Notes: generated from the sequence alone by a model not told the origin. A stretch of DNA of 64,000 nucleotides from an uncultured delta proteobacterium (GCA_963760885.1 CAVXEY010000006.1:294663-358662), one strand, 5' to 3'. Shown: positions 1 through 10,944, counted from the stretch's first letter. Program-made: numbers and translations.

Positions 1-149
1 CCCGCCATCGCCTTTTCGAGGCCGTGGACGCGGGCGATCCCGTCGCCGACGGAGAGGACGACGCCGGTTTCGGCGACGTCGATCCGCTTCTCGTACCCCT
101 TGATCTGGCTTTTCAGGATCTCGGTAATCTCTTCCGCGCGGATGCTCAT
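1..149 (-). CDS. atpA: F1 ATP synthase alpha subunit, N-terminus only (runs off the window)
   Basis: Manual translation [44 protein letters not shown]; follows atpH. Confidence 0.95.
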   Translation of the reverse strand, partial: MSIRAEEITEILKSQIKGYEKRIDVAETGVVLSVGDGIARVHGLEKAMA

Positions 150-159
150 GGCGACTGCC

Positions 160-702
160 TCACCCCTTTTGTAAATTTTCCCGGATCTGCCGGATCTGCG
201 TGCGCACGCTGCCGTCGTACACGGTCGAACCCACCCGGACGACGAGCCCTCCGAGCACCGCGGGATCCACGGTCTCCTCCAGAACGACCTTCTTCCCCGT
301 CCGTCGCTCCAGCATCTCCTTCAACATCTCCTTCTGGGGGGAGGACATCGGCATGGGGACGGAGACCTCGACCCGCTCGATCCCCTCGAGTTCCTCCACC
401 ATGCGGCGCAATTCGCCGAGGATCGGCAGGAGCACGTTCATCCGCCCCTTGTCGACCAGAAGAGAAAGGAACGATTTCGTGGAGGGAAGATACCCCCCCT
501 TGGAGAGGACCTGGTCGAGTGCGCTTTGCTTGTCCCGGCGGTTGATGTGACCGGCCTCGAGCACCTCGCGCAACCCGGGGGACAGTTCGAGAAGAGCCGC
601 AAACTCCTCGACCTCGGAGAGCACCTGGCGGACCTGCCGGTCCTCCTGGCCGATGTCCCTCAGCGCGCGGGCGTACCGCCTTGCGAGGCTTCCGCCGATC
701 AA
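160..702 (-). CDS. atpH: ATP synthase delta subunit
   Basis: ARRYARAL N-terminus and [24 protein letters not shown]-terminus. Confidence 0.95.
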   Translation of the reverse strand: MIGGSLARRYARALRDIGQEDRQVRQVLSEVEEFAALLELSPGLREVLEAGHINRRDKQSALDQVLSKGGYLPSTKSFLSLLVDKGRMNVLLPILGELRRMVEELEGIERVEVSVPMPMSSPQKEMLKEMLERRTGKKVVLEETVDPAVLGGLVVRVGSTVYDGSVRTQIRQIRENLQKG

Positions 703-1310
703 TGGACGATCCCCTCGATCTTTTCGAGATTCTCACGGACCAGACGCTCCTGGTCCTCGGGAGACAAGGTTTTTCGGACGAGCTCCTCGGCGGCGCGGGC
801 CGTGAGGAGGGACGCCTCCCGCCGCAGCTCTTCGCGGGCCTTCTTCACTTCCTGTTCGCCGGTGAACTCCGACTGGGCGCGGATCCGGGAGATCTCGACG
901 GCGACGGTCTCCTGCAGTCGCCGCGTCTCGGCGGCGGCATCGTCGTCCATCCTCGCGTTCATCCCGGCGATCTCGTCGGCCAGTTTCGCGGTGCGGGTCT
1001 CGATGGCGGCCAGCTTCTCCGCCGCTTCCGCGCGAGCCCTCGCGGCATCGTCGATCGCCTTGCGCATCAGTTCGCTTCGCTCCTTGAGAAAGGAGGAGAG
1101 CGGCTTGCGTATGAAGTAGACGAGCACGCCGGCGAGGATGAGGAAGTTGATCGCCTGCTTGAGGATTTCCCCCCAGGGGACGTGGACCCCGGCTCCCGGG
1201 TGCGCCCCGCTCTCCACCGCGGCGAACGAGACGGTGGCGGCGCACATGGACGCGGCAAAGGGCGCGGCAACGCGCATCGCGCGGGAGACGCGGGTTCGCG
1301 GGATGCTCAC
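699..1310 (-). CDS. atpF: ATP synthase F0 subunit b
   Basis: QAINFLILAGVLVYF membrane helix followed by a charged coiled coil; operon position. Confidence 0.9.
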   Translation of the reverse strand: MSIPRTRVSRAMRVAAPFAASMCAATVSFAAVESGAHPGAGVHVPWGEILKQAINFLILAGVLVYFIRKPLSSFLKERSELMRKAIDDAARARAEAAEKLAAIETRTAKLADEIAGMNARMDDDAAAETRRLQETVAVEISRIRAQSEFTGEQEVKKAREELRREASLLTARAAEELVRKTLSPEDQERLVRENLEKIEGIVH

Positions 1311-1762
1311 GCGACCGGCCTCCCGAGGACTTTCCGGGCGATCTCGGCGGAGAGCTGCGACACCTGGCCGCGCAGGAACGCGGCGGCCGATTCCTTCTCG
1401 GCGGAGATCCGCCCCTTCAGTTCCTCGACCTTCAGGTTCGTCTCCTCGACCACGACCTCGACCTGACTGCGGCCGGCACGGGAATGCTCTTCCATGACCC
1501 GGCGCTTCCGGGCGAGCGCCTCGGCCGCGCCCTTGCGGAGCGCCTCGTCGTATCCACGGGCCTTCTCGTCGGCCTCGAACAGGATCCGGCGGGATTCCTC
1601 GACCGGCTTCACCGAGAGGTTCTCCCGCTCATCGAAGGTGCGGAGGATCGGACGGATGAGGAGGGTGGAGAGGAGGAACACGAGGACGACCACCAGGCCC
1701 AGCTGGAGCAGGGCGAGCTGGGAGATCTCCAACGTCTCGAAAATCTTGCTGACAAGTTCCAT
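1307..1762 (-). CDS. ATP synthase F0 subunit b'
   Basis: Start MELVSK at 1762; TM helix, then PILRTFDER and coiled coil; upstream of atpF. Confidence 0.85.
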   Translation of the reverse strand: MELVSKIFETLEISQLALLQLGLVVVLVFLLSTLLIRPILRTFDERENLSVKPVEESRRILFEADEKARGYDEALRKGAAEALARKRRVMEEHSRAGRSQVEVVVEETNLKVEELKGRISAEKESAAAFLRGQVSQLSAEIARKVLGRPVA

Positions 1763-1883
1763 GAAACCTGCACTCCCCCGGGGGCGGACTGGTCTACGGA
1801 AGGACAAATACAAGAGAAACGGAAGATTGGTACCACGCCCGCCGCGGAGCTGTCAAGCGCTTCTTGACGGTCGGCGGGGTTCG

Positions 1884-1920
1884 AAATAAGAAGGGCGCCG
1901 GGGTTCCCCCGGCGCCCTTT
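1884..1920 (-). terminator. Intrinsic terminator of the small lipoprotein gene
   Basis: aagggcgccggg / cccggcgccctt hairpin followed on the minus strand by cttattt. Confidence 0.7.
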
Positions 1921-1943
1921 CCCTTGCCTTGCCGCCCGCGAAA

Positions 1944-2135
1944 CTACTTCTTGGGCGCTTCAGCCGGAGCAGCGGGTGCGGCGTTGTCCATCGGCGCGGC
2001 CGGTGCCATGTTGTCGGCGGGCGCGGCGGCGGGCGGAGGCGGCGGCGGAGGCGGCTCTTCCTTCTTCGCACAAGCGGAGAGACCGAACGTCGCGGCCAGC
2101 ATCAGCACGAACATCATTGACAGATACTTGCGCAT
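1944..2135 (-). CDS. Small Pro/Ala-rich lipoprotein (63 aa)
   Basis: Signal peptide with LSAC lipobox, P8 tract, aaggag RBS, own promoter and terminator. Confidence 0.8.
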   Translation of the reverse strand: MRKYLSMMFVLMLAATFGLSACAKKEEPPPPPPPPAAAPADNMAPAAPMDNAAPAAPAEAPKK

Positions 2136-2204
2136 TGGTTCTCACTCCTTTCTTTCGGAATTTATCCGTATTCGCGGATAAGGCAATTTATGATTGTAAG
2201 CCGG

Positions 2205-2232
2205 AATATAGCATAGTCACATCTTTTGTCAA
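2205..2232 (-). promoter_or_regulatory. Sigma70-type promoter for the small lipoprotein
   Basis: TTGACA, 16 bp, TGcTATATT on the minus strand; the -35 overlaps the parB stop codon. Confidence 0.55.
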
Positions 2233-3085
2233 CGTCCCCTGAACAAGACGTCGCAGAGGCGATCGAGCTCCTCCGACGAGAAGTAGAAGATCTCGACGCG
2301 TCCCTTCTTCAACGTGCCGCGCAGCAGCACGCGTGTGCCCCCGCGGCGGGAGAGTTCCTCCTCGAGGCTTTTCCGGTGGACATCCGGCGGAACCGCGTTC
2401 CGTGCGACTTTCCGTTTCCCCGAGGGACCGCACAGCCGCTCGGTCTCCCGAACCGACAGTCCCCGCCGCAGCACGGTCTCGCAGATCGACGACGCGTGCT
2501 CCGCCGGCGCGGAGAGGAGCGCGCGGGCGTGCCCGGCGGAGAGACGCCCGTCCGCCACCGCCTGGCGGACCGTGGGTGGCAGCTTGAGGAGCCTCACGGT
2601 GTTCGCCACCGTCGCGCGGTCCTTCCCCACCCGCTCGGCCACCTGCTCCTGGGAGAGGGAGAAGTCGTGCATCAGCCGCTGGTATCCCTCGGCAAGCTCG
2701 ATCGCGTTCAGATCCGCCCGCTGGATATTTTCCACCAGCGCGGCTTCGAGCGCTTCCCGGTCGGAAAGCCTGCGCACCACCGCCGGGATGGTGGAAAGCC
2801 CCGCGGCCTCCGCGGCGCGAAACCGCCGTTCGCCGGCGACCAGCTCGTACCCGTCCGGAGTCGGCCGGACCAGCACCGGCTGCAGAACCCCTTTCTCCCG
2901 GATCGAAGCGACGAGTTCCTCGAGCGCTCCCGGGGAGAACGTTCTCCGGGGCTGCAGGCTTCCCGCGCGGATCTTTTCCACGGGAATCTGGAGGAACCCC
3001 GGGTCGCGCCCGGCACCGGGAGCGCCCGCGGACGGCGTGGTTCCCGTCAACAGGGCGGAGAGCCCCCGGCCCAGCGCCTTCTTCT

Positions 3086-3110
<25 letters not shown>
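2229..3110 (-). CDS. parB: Chromosome partitioning protein ParB
   Basis: KKALGRGLSALL, GVLQP, LVAGERRFRAA, ENIQRADL, HTH. Confidence 0.97.
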
Positions 3111-3954
<844 letters not shown>

Positions 3955-4604
3955 CTACGGTTCGATCTCGACGATCTCCCGTTCCCCCATCCCCCGGGGC
4001 AGATGGAACCGCTCCCGGCGGGTCACCGTACCCGGGAGGCCACCCGGGGCGCTTTCCCGCGCCCCCGGCCCCATCATCAAGAGGAAGCGCCCCCCGTCCG
4101 CCAGGTACGGAGACAGGAGCGGAATCACCTCGCCCGCCGGTGCCGTCGCGCGGGTGACGATGTGGTCATGCGGTGGAAGGGGGAGCCTCTTTCGCTCCTC
4201 CGCCCTCGCCTGGACGACGTCGACGTTCGAAAGCTGCAGCATCCCACGGGCCCGGGACAGGAACGCGCACTTTTTGACGGAGGCCTCCAGAACGGTTACG
4301 CGTGCGCCCGGGAGATACAGGGCCAAAGGAATTCCGGGATACCCGGCGCCGGAACCGAAATCGAGGATGCGACCGGGGAACGGCGCGAACCGCAGGAGCA
4401 GGAGAGAGTCCGCAACGTGTTTCACCGCAACTTCGACCGGGTCGGTGATGGCGGTCAGGCGGATCGACCGGTTCCACCGGAGCATCTCGTTGGCGTGGAG
4501 CGCAAGCAGCGAAACCGCCCCGGTGAAGACCGGAACCCCCGCCTCGGCGAGGATCTCCCGCAACAGGTCGGTGGTGACTTCCCCCCCCCTCCGCTCTTCA
4601 CCAT
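3955..4604 (-). CDS. rsmG: 16S rRNA m7G527 methyltransferase, frameshifted at the C9 run 4581-4589
   Basis: WNRSIRLTAI, KHVADSL, DFGSGAGYPGI, VTRA; ATG at 4604 with gggagg RBS lies in another frame. Confidence 0.9.
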
Positions 4605-4620
4605 GGTCACCTCCCGTGAA

Positions 4621-4636
4621 TGTTCCACGTGGAACA
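4621..4636. promoter_or_regulatory. parS site 1
   Basis: Perfect palindrome TGTTCCACGTGGAACA matching the parS consensus. Confidence 0.92.
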
Positions 4637-4743
4637 ATCCTGAAAACTTGTTGTGCGACGAGTAGATACGATTCTCATCCCCCGATTTTCCCGCTCGCCG
4701 AGGGTGGCCCGTCGTCTGCGTGTTGCGTTTATGTACGGCGTCG

Positions 4744-4855
4744 CATCAAGCGGGTCCGGCGGAGTCGCCGCAGGAGGGGGGCGCCCCACTCCCGTACGCA
4801 ATGCGTTCCCTGGGGTACGCCCGCAGCAGGAAGAACGGGGGGCACAGCTGCAGGT
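4744..4855. repeat. Intergenic modular repeat, copy 1
   Basis: Module A 4752-4775 and module B 4784-4827 match 8439-8462 and 8369-8411. Confidence 0.75.
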
Positions 4856-4981
4856 TCGTCGCACGGCGAGTCCCGAACGGAACCCCCTCTCCGAGGCGGC
4901 GCAGCCGGATCCTCCCTTTATGTGCGTCTTCCGTGCCGTCTTCCCGATATGTTGCCATACCAATGAAAATGGACTGTGTAC

Positions 4982-6862
4982 CTAGGCGCCCCGTCTCAAC
5001 ATGACCAGCAGGAGGGCGACGGCCGCCGGGGTCACCCCGGGAATCCGCTGCGCCTGGCCGATGGAATCGGGCCGGACCCGGACGAGCTTGTCCCGGACTT
5101 CGGCGGAAAGGCCGGGAACGGTCTCGAACGGGAACGGGACCGGAAAGCGCATCTCTTCGTATTTCTTCATGTTTTTAGCTTCATCCTCCTGCCGCCGGAT
5201 ATACCCTTCATACTTGATGGACAGCTCCGCCTGCTCCATCGACTCCCGGGCCGTACCCCGCAGCTCCGGGTCGCAGGCAAGGAGCAACGCGCCCGTCACC
5301 CCGGGCCGGCGCAACGCCTCCGCGTAGGTGATTCCGGGCCGCAGGATCGCATCCCCCACTTGCTCCACCGCGGCGCACAGCGGGTGGCCGGCGCCGACGC
5401 GGGTTTCCTCGAGCCGCTTGCGGAACCTCCCGATCTCCTCCCGCTTCACGAGGAACCGCCGATACCGATCCTCCGGGAGCAGCCCGACCCGCCGCCCCGT
5501 TTCGGACAGGCGCAGGTCCGCGTTGTCCTCCCGCAGCAGCAGCCGGTACTCCGCCCGGGAGGTGAACATCCGGTACGGCTCCCGCGCCCCCTTCGTCGTC
5601 AAATCGTCGATCAGGACGCCGATGTAGGCGTCGGCCCGCGAGAGCACCATCGGCGGCTCCCCGTTCACACGAAGCGCCGCGTTGATCCCCGCCACGATCC
5701 CCTGCGCTCCGGCCTCTTCGTATCCGCTTGTGCCGTTGATCTGCCCGGCGTGGAAGAGGTTTCTCACCAGTTTCGTTTCGAGGGAGGGGTGCAGCTGCAC
5801 GGGATCGACGAAATCGTACTCGATCGCGTACCCGGGGCGGACGATCTCCACGGATTCCAGCCCCGGGATGGACCGAAGCATCTTCCGCTGGATATCGTAT
5901 GGCAGGCTCGTGGAGACCCCGTTCGGGTAATACTCCGCGGTCTTCAGCCCCTCCGGCTCGAGGAAGACCTGGTGCCGCTCCTTCCCGGAGAACCGGACCA
6001 CCTTGTCCTCGATGGAGGGACAGTACCTGGGACCGATTCCCTTGATGATTCCGGAGTATAGCGGTGAACGGGAAAGGCCGGACCGGATCGCGTCGTGGGT
6101 CGCGGCGTTCGTGTACGTCAGGAAGCACGGAAGCTGCGGCCGACGGATTGCCGCCGTGTCGAACGAAAAAGGGACGGGCCGGTCGTCCCCCTCCTGGCGG
6201 ACGGTCTTCGAGAAGTCGATCGTCTTGGCGTCGAGACGGGGGGTGGTCCCGGTTTTCAGGCGGCCGACGGAGAATCCGAGCCGGCGGAGGGAATCCGACA
6301 GGTGCATGGAGGGAAAATCCCCTGCCCTTCCGGCCGGGTAGCTCACCAGGCCGACGTGGACCAATCCTTTCAGGAAGGTCCCGGGACAAAGGACCACGGT
6401 CTTTCCGCGATACCGGACCTCGAGGTTCGTGTCCACCCCCACCGCCGCGTCCCCTTCCACCACGACCGCGTCGACGATCGCCTGCTTCACGTCCAGTCCG
6501 TACGTGGCCTCCAGCGCTTTCTTCATCCGGAGACGGTAGAGCTGCTTGTCCGCCTGGGCGCGCGAGGAGCGCACCGCGGGCCCCTTGCTCGTGTTCAGCT
6601 GGCGGAACTGGATCCCGGTGGCGTCGATGTTCCGCCCCATCTCCCCGCCCAGCGCGTCGATCTCCCGCACCAGGTGCCCTTTCGCCAATCCCCCGATCGC
6701 CGGGTTGCACGACATGAGGGCGATGGCGTCGGCGTTGATCGTCAGCAGGAGGGTGGAGCGCCCCATCCGTGCCGCCGCCAACGCCGCCTCGCAGCCGGCG
6801 TGCCCGCCCCCGACGACGATGACGTCGTACTCCTTCGGATATTCGTAGGGAGACCCGCTCAT
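4982..6862 (-). CDS. mnmG: tRNA uridine-5-carboxymethylaminomethyl synthesis enzyme MnmG/GidA
   Basis: GGGHAGCEAA, SCNPAIGG, GPRYCPSIEDK, AGQINGTSGYEEA; start MSGSPY. Confidence 0.97.
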   Translation of the reverse strand: MSGSPYEYPKEYDVIVVGGGHAGCEAALAAARMGRSTLLLTINADAIALMSCNPAIGGLAKGHLVREIDALGGEMGRNIDATGIQFRQLNTSKGPAVRSSRAQADKQLYRLRMKKALEATYGLDVKQAIVDAVVVEGDAAVGVDTNLEVRYRGKTVVLCPGTFLKGLVHVGLVSYPAGRAGDFPSMHLSDSLRRLGFSVGRLKTGTTPRLDAKTIDFSKTVRQEGDDRPVPFSFDTAAIRRPQLPCFLTYTNAATHDAIRSGLSRSPLYSGIIKGIGPRYCPSIEDKVVRFSGKERHQVFLEPEGLKTAEYYPNGVSTSLPYDIQRKMLRSIPGLESVEIVRPGYAIEYDFVDPVQLHPSLETKLVRNLFHAGQINGTSGYEEAGAQGIVAGINAALRVNGEPPMVLSRADAYIGVLIDDLTTKGAREPYRMFTSRAEYRLLLREDNADLRLSETGRRVGLLPEDRYRRFLVKREEIGRFRKRLEETRVGAGHPLCAAVEQVGDAILRPGITYAEALRRPGVTGALLLACDPELRGTARESMEQAELSIKYEGYIRRQEDEAKNMKKYEEMRFPVPFPFETVPGLSAEVRDKLVRVRPDSIGQAQRIPGVTPAAVALLLVMLRRGA

Positions 6863-6876
6863 CGCGCCCCGCTCAA

Positions 6877-6892
6877 TGTTCCACGTGGAACA
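6877..6892. promoter_or_regulatory. parS site 2
   Basis: Perfect palindrome TGTTCCACGTGGAACA. Confidence 0.92.
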
Positions 6893-6917
6893 TCCCATGT
6901 AATCTTACTATTATCAA

Positions 6918-8291
6918 CTACTTGCCTACGCAGAACGCGCCAAAGATCGCATCGAGGACCTCTTCCGGGGCAACCTCTCCCAGCAGTTCCGCGAGCGCCC
7001 CGGTCGCCTCCCGGACATCCGCCGCCGGGAATTCGAGCGGGAGCGCTTCCGCCGCCGCCGCCGAAGCGCGGGTCAAGGCCGACAAAGCCCGCTCGACCGC
7101 CAGTCGTTGCCGCGCGCGGGTCAGCGGGGCCTGCGCCCGGATCGCCCCCTCCGACGGCGCCACCTCCCGGGCGACCGCCGCCACGAGATCCCCGATCCCC
7201 TCCCCCGTTTTCGCGGAGAGGCGCAAGGCCCCCCTCTTCCCCGCCCCGGCGAATCCGCTCCCCTCCTCCACCACCGCCAGATCCGACTTGTTCAAGAGGA
7301 CCAGATGCGGAAGCGAGACGATTTCTTCGTACGCCGAACGGTCCCCGGTCGACGATGGCCGGCTCCCGTCCAGAACGAACAGGACGAGATCCGCCGCCGC
7401 GACGATCTCCCGGCTGCGCCGCACCCCTTCCCGCTCCACCGGGTCCGCCGTCTCCCGAAGCCCCGCCGTGTCGATCAGGGTCACCGGGACACCCCCGACG
7501 GGAATGTCGGCGTGGAGATAATCCCGCGTGGTCCCAGGGGTCTCCGTCACGATCGCGCGCTCCTCACCCGCCAGGCGGTTGAGCAGACGGGACTTCCCGA
7601 CGTTCGCGACACCGGCGATCACGACCGTCGCTCCGTCCCGAAACCGGTGCCCCGCCTCGTACGACCGGAGGAGCTCTTCAAGCCGCTTTATAATTTCCGA
7701 CACCCGTTCGGCTAGTTGTAGGCTTGTAATTGCGGGAACACCGTCTTCTTCGGCAAAGTCGATCGCCGCTTCCTGGAGCGTGAGGAGGGAGAGCAGGCGT
7801 TCCCGCAGCGGGGTGATCTCCTCCCGGATGCCGCCCCGCATCTGCCGCAGCGCCGAACGCGCCGCGTCCTCCGTACGGGCGGCGATGAGGTCGCAGAGGC
7901 CCTCCGCCTGGGTCAGGTCCATCTTCCCCCGGTGAAACGCCCTCCGGGAGAACTCCCCCGGTTCCGCCGGCACGGCACCCGCCGCGCACGCGGCCCGGAC
8001 GACGGTCTCCACCACCAGGGGGTTGCCGTGAAGATGGATCTCCACGACATCCTCGCCCGTGAAGCTGTGCGGTTCGGGAAAGAAGACGGCGAGCGCGGTG
8101 TCGAGGATCTCGCCGGAGGCGTCGCGGACGGTGCACCGTCGCAAGCTCCTCGGGAGGGCGTCGGAAAAGCAGAGGCCGGTGAGAAGGCCGGCGACCCGAA
8201 ACGCGTCGGGCCCGGAGAGGCGAACGACGGAGATGGCGCCTACCCCGCCCGGCGTGGCGGGTGCTACGATCGTCTCCTTTTCGCGGATCAC
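6918..8291 (-). CDS. mnmE: tRNA modification GTPase MnmE/TrmE
   Basis: SFTGEDVVEIHLHG, NVGKS, GTTRD, DTAGLR, NKSD, C-terminal FCVGK. Confidence 0.97.
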   Translation of the reverse strand: MIREKETIVAPATPGGVGAISVVRLSGPDAFRVAGLLTGLCFSDALPRSLRRCTVRDASGEILDTALAVFFPEPHSFTGEDVVEIHLHGNPLVVETVVRAACAAGAVPAEPGEFSRRAFHRGKMDLTQAEGLCDLIAARTEDAARSALRQMRGGIREEITPLRERLLSLLTLQEAAIDFAEEDGVPAITSLQLAERVSEIIKRLEELLRSYEAGHRFRDGATVVIAGVANVGKSRLLNRLAGEERAIVTETPGTTRDYLHADIPVGGVPVTLIDTAGLRETADPVEREGVRRSREIVAAADLVLFVLDGSRPSSTGDRSAYEEIVSLPHLVLLNKSDLAVVEEGSGFAGAGKRGALRLSAKTGEGIGDLVAAVAREVAPSEGAIRAQAPLTRARQRLAVERALSALTRASAAAAEALPLEFPAADVREATGALAELLGEVAPEEVLDAIFGAFCVGK

Positions 8292-8332
8292 GGCGGTATG
8301 CCGTTACGGGCCAAGTGCTTCAATTCTATAAA

Positions 8333-8514
8333 ACGGTGACGCATCGGGAAGACAGCACGGTGGTCGCACCCCGCTCCCGTACGAAATGCGCTCCCCGGGG
8401 TACCCCGCAGCGTACGACTTGAGGGGCACACATCGGGAGGGTCCTGCGGAGCCGCCGCAGGAAAGGGCCGCCCCTCTGCGGGCTTCGAGACGGTGGGGCA
8501 CCCCCGCTGCAGGA
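8333..8514. repeat. Intergenic modular repeat, copy 2 (modules permuted)
   Basis: Module B at 8369-8411, module A at 8439-8462 containing the TCCTGCGG/CCGCAGGA hairpin. Confidence 0.75.
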
Positions 8515-8642
8515 AAACGGTGGGTACAGTGAGGCCGGTCCCCAGGGCTCCATTCCCTCGGATCCCGGCATTCGAGTCCCGATGCCGGAGCGACTTCCGG
8601 GATCACAGTTTCGATTCGTTGCCGTCTCCATGGATTGGAGTA

Positions 8643-10325
8643 CTACGCCGTCGCGGCCTTCGCGGCCTCCGCCTTGCGGTTGTAGATCATCTGCTGCCCG
8701 ATGGCGAGGATGTTGTTGACCAGCCAGTAGATCACGAGCCCGGTCGGGAAGCTCCAGAACATGAAGGTGAAGATGATGGGCATGAACAGCATCATCTTCT
8801 GCTGCGCCGCCTCCATCCCCGCCGACGGCGTCATCTTCTGCTGGACGAACATGGAGACCCCCATCAGAAGCGGCAGCAGGCGAATCGGAACGGTGTACCC
8901 CGCGACGGCGATGTTCCAGAGGTGCTCGGGGGCGGACAGGTCGTTGATCCAGAGGAAGAACGGCGCGTGCCGCAGCTCGATCGTGACCAGCAGCCCCTTG
9001 TAGAGGGCGATGAAGACCGGGATCTGCGCCACCATCGGCAGGCATCCGGAGAGGGGATTGATCTTGTACGTCTTGTACAGGTTCATCGTCTCCTGGTTGA
9101 GGCGCTGCGAGTCCCCCTTGTACTTCTCCTTCAGCGTCTTGATGATCGGCCCCAGTTCCTGCATCTTCCGCATGGAGACGATCGATTTCTGGGTGAGGGG
9201 GTAGAAGAGGATCTTGATCAGAATGGTGAGCAGGATGATGTCGATGCCGTAGTTCCCCGTCACCCGGTTGCTCGCCTTCATCAGGAAGACGAGCGGTTTC
9301 GCGAGGAACGCGAACCATCCGAAGTCGATCAGATCCGGCAGGTCCTTCTCCACGGCCGCGAGCAGCGAGGACCGCTTCGGGCCCGCGAAGACGCGGGACC
9401 CGGCGCGAACCGTGTCGCCCGGCTGCAAGGTCGCCGACGTGTCGGCCGCCGCCACGCGGGCCCCGGTCTCCCCGACCAGGGACGCGCGCGTAATCGTCCA
9501 CTCCCGCTCGGGCAGGAGGATCCACGTGAAATATTTCGAGTCCGCCGCGACCCACCGCGCCGGCCCCTTTTCGACTTTCCCCTTGGAGATGTCCTTCAGG
9601 GAGTACCGTTTCAGGCCGGACTTGCCGGTGCCGACGACGATGCCGTGAAAGGAGTAGGAGTCTCCTGCCAGCTCCCCCTCGTACACCTGCTCGAGCTCGA
9701 GCCCGGGGCGCACCGCGATCGGTTCCCTTGACCCGTTGGTCGCCTGGACGCGGGCCTCGAATTCGTACTTGTCCCCGTGGAACACGTATTCCCGCGTCAC
9801 CCGGACTCCGGTGGTCGATTCCCACGTGAGCAGGACGCTTCGGGTCTCTCCCGCTTTCACCGCGACCTCGGCCGGGGCGTCGGAAGAGAAGGCCAGAGGG
9901 GAGGGCAGGGGAGGGCGGTCATCGTCGGTGTAGAGCGACAGCGTCGACCAGAGCGACTTCTTCCCGCCGAGGATGTCCAGCGGCTTCCCGGTGGGACCGG
10001 TAACGTCCTTGTACTCGTACAGCAGGAAGGAGGAAATGCCGCCGCCTTCGGTGGCGAGGGTCGCGGAGTACAGCGGGGTCTTCACCGTGATCGTTCGGCC
10101 CGTCGCGGCGGACTTTGCCGCGAGCCCTCCGGCGGCGGACGACGCTGCGGCGACCGGCGCTCCCTTTGCCGCCGGGGCGGGAACGGGGGCAACCGCCGCC
10201 GCGTTGTCCTTTCCCGCCTCCACGCCCGGGGGAGGTAGCAGGGCAGGGGTTGGGGCGTAGTAGTGCTGATATCCGATCAGGACGGCGATCGACAACGCGA
10301 TCGCCAGCATCATCCGTTTTTCCAT
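8643..10325 (-). CDS. yidC: Membrane protein insertase YidC
   Basis: Start MEKRMMLA; IDFGWF, NPLSGCLPMVAQIPVF, PTGLVIYW. Confidence 0.96.
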   Translation of the reverse strand: MEKRMMLAIALSIAVLIGYQHYYAPTPALLPPPGVEAGKDNAAAVAPVPAPAAKGAPVAAASSAAGGLAAKSAATGRTITVKTPLYSATLATEGGGISSFLLYEYKDVTGPTGKPLDILGGKKSLWSTLSLYTDDDRPPLPSPLAFSSDAPAEVAVKAGETRSVLLTWESTTGVRVTREYVFHGDKYEFEARVQATNGSREPIAVRPGLELEQVYEGELAGDSYSFHGIVVGTGKSGLKRYSLKDISKGKVEKGPARWVAADSKYFTWILLPEREWTITRASLVGETGARVAAADTSATLQPGDTVRAGSRVFAGPKRSSLLAAVEKDLPDLIDFGWFAFLAKPLVFLMKASNRVTGNYGIDIILLTILIKILFYPLTQKSIVSMRKMQELGPIIKTLKEKYKGDSQRLNQETMNLYKTYKINPLSGCLPMVAQIPVFIALYKGLLVTIELRHAPFFLWINDLSAPEHLWNIAVAGYTVPIRLLPLLMGVSMFVQQKMTPSAGMEAAQQKMMLFMPIIFTFMFWSFPTGLVIYWLVNNILAIGQQMIYNRKAEAAKAATA

Positions 10326-10591
10326 GGTGCCCTCGTTCCGAAAAGTTGAATCCGCCGGGGCAGGTCGACGCCTCCCTTGTGGAAGGGATGACACCTGCCG
10401 ATCCGCCGGATCCCGTCCAGCACCCCGAGGATCGTCCCGTTAAGGCGGATCGATCCGATCATGTACTCGGAGCAGCTGGGGTGGAACCTGCAGCAGTTGC
10501 CGATGTAAGGGGAAACCGCCCCCTGGTACAGCCTCAGGAGGCCGATGAAGAGATGTCTGACCCGCACGGAGATCCCTCGTTGCCTCCCCAC
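10310..10591 (-). CDS. yidD: Membrane protein insertion efficiency factor
   Basis: YQGAVSP, CRFHPSCSEY, RCHPFHKGGVD. Confidence 0.92.
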   Translation of the reverse strand: MGRQRGISVRVRHLFIGLLRLYQGAVSPYIGNCCRFHPSCSEYMIGSIRLNGTILGVLDGIRRIGRCHPFHKGGVDLPRRIQLFGTRAPWKNG

Positions 10592-10944
10592 CGCCGTCGA
10601 AGCGCGGGGAACAGTTCAGCGCACACCGTCGAAAGGCCCGCCCCCTCGGGAGGCTTCCGGACCACGATCGCGGTCCGCGTTCCCCGAGGGAAGAGGTCTT
10701 TGTGCGTCCGATAGAATTCCCGCAACAGCCGCTTGGCGCGGTTGCGGGCAACGGCGCCCCCCGCGCGTTTCCCGGCGGAGATGCCCACCTGGCGTTTTTC
10801 CCCGCCCAGCGAGTCGCGGTACACCGTATAATGCGTTGTGTGCAGGCGCGCGCCCTTGCGCACAACCTCCCGGAACTCCCGGTCGGTACGCAGGCGCTCG
10901 CTCGCGGGAAAGCTTCGCGGCCGTTCCCCCGGGGGAACGGTCAC
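10534..10944 (-). CDS. rnpA: Ribonuclease P protein component
   Basis: [30 protein letters not shown]. Confidence 0.93.
   Translation of the reverse strand: MTVPPGERPRSFPASERLRTDREFREVVRKGARLHTTHYTVYRDSLGGEKRQVGISAGKRAGGAVARNRAKRLLREFYRTHKDLFPRGTRTAIVVRKPPEGAGLSTVCAELFPALRRRWGGNEGSPCGSDISSSAS

Noticed and set aside
4607..5004. Several ORFs in the rsmG-mnmG gap (and 8304..8606 in the yidC-mnmE gap)
   Set aside because: They are translations of the non-coding repeat (shared RIAYGSG/RISYGSG) with no RBS and no protein-like composition.
6899..6923. AT-rich tactattatcaactac next to parS2, resembling DnaA-trios
   Set aside because: No adjacent DnaA box; better explained as the mnmE stop region and a possible mnmG -10 element.
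4735..8514. Repeat modules as a CRISPR array
   Set aside because: Only two dispersed, degenerate copies with no regular spacers and no cas genes in the window.
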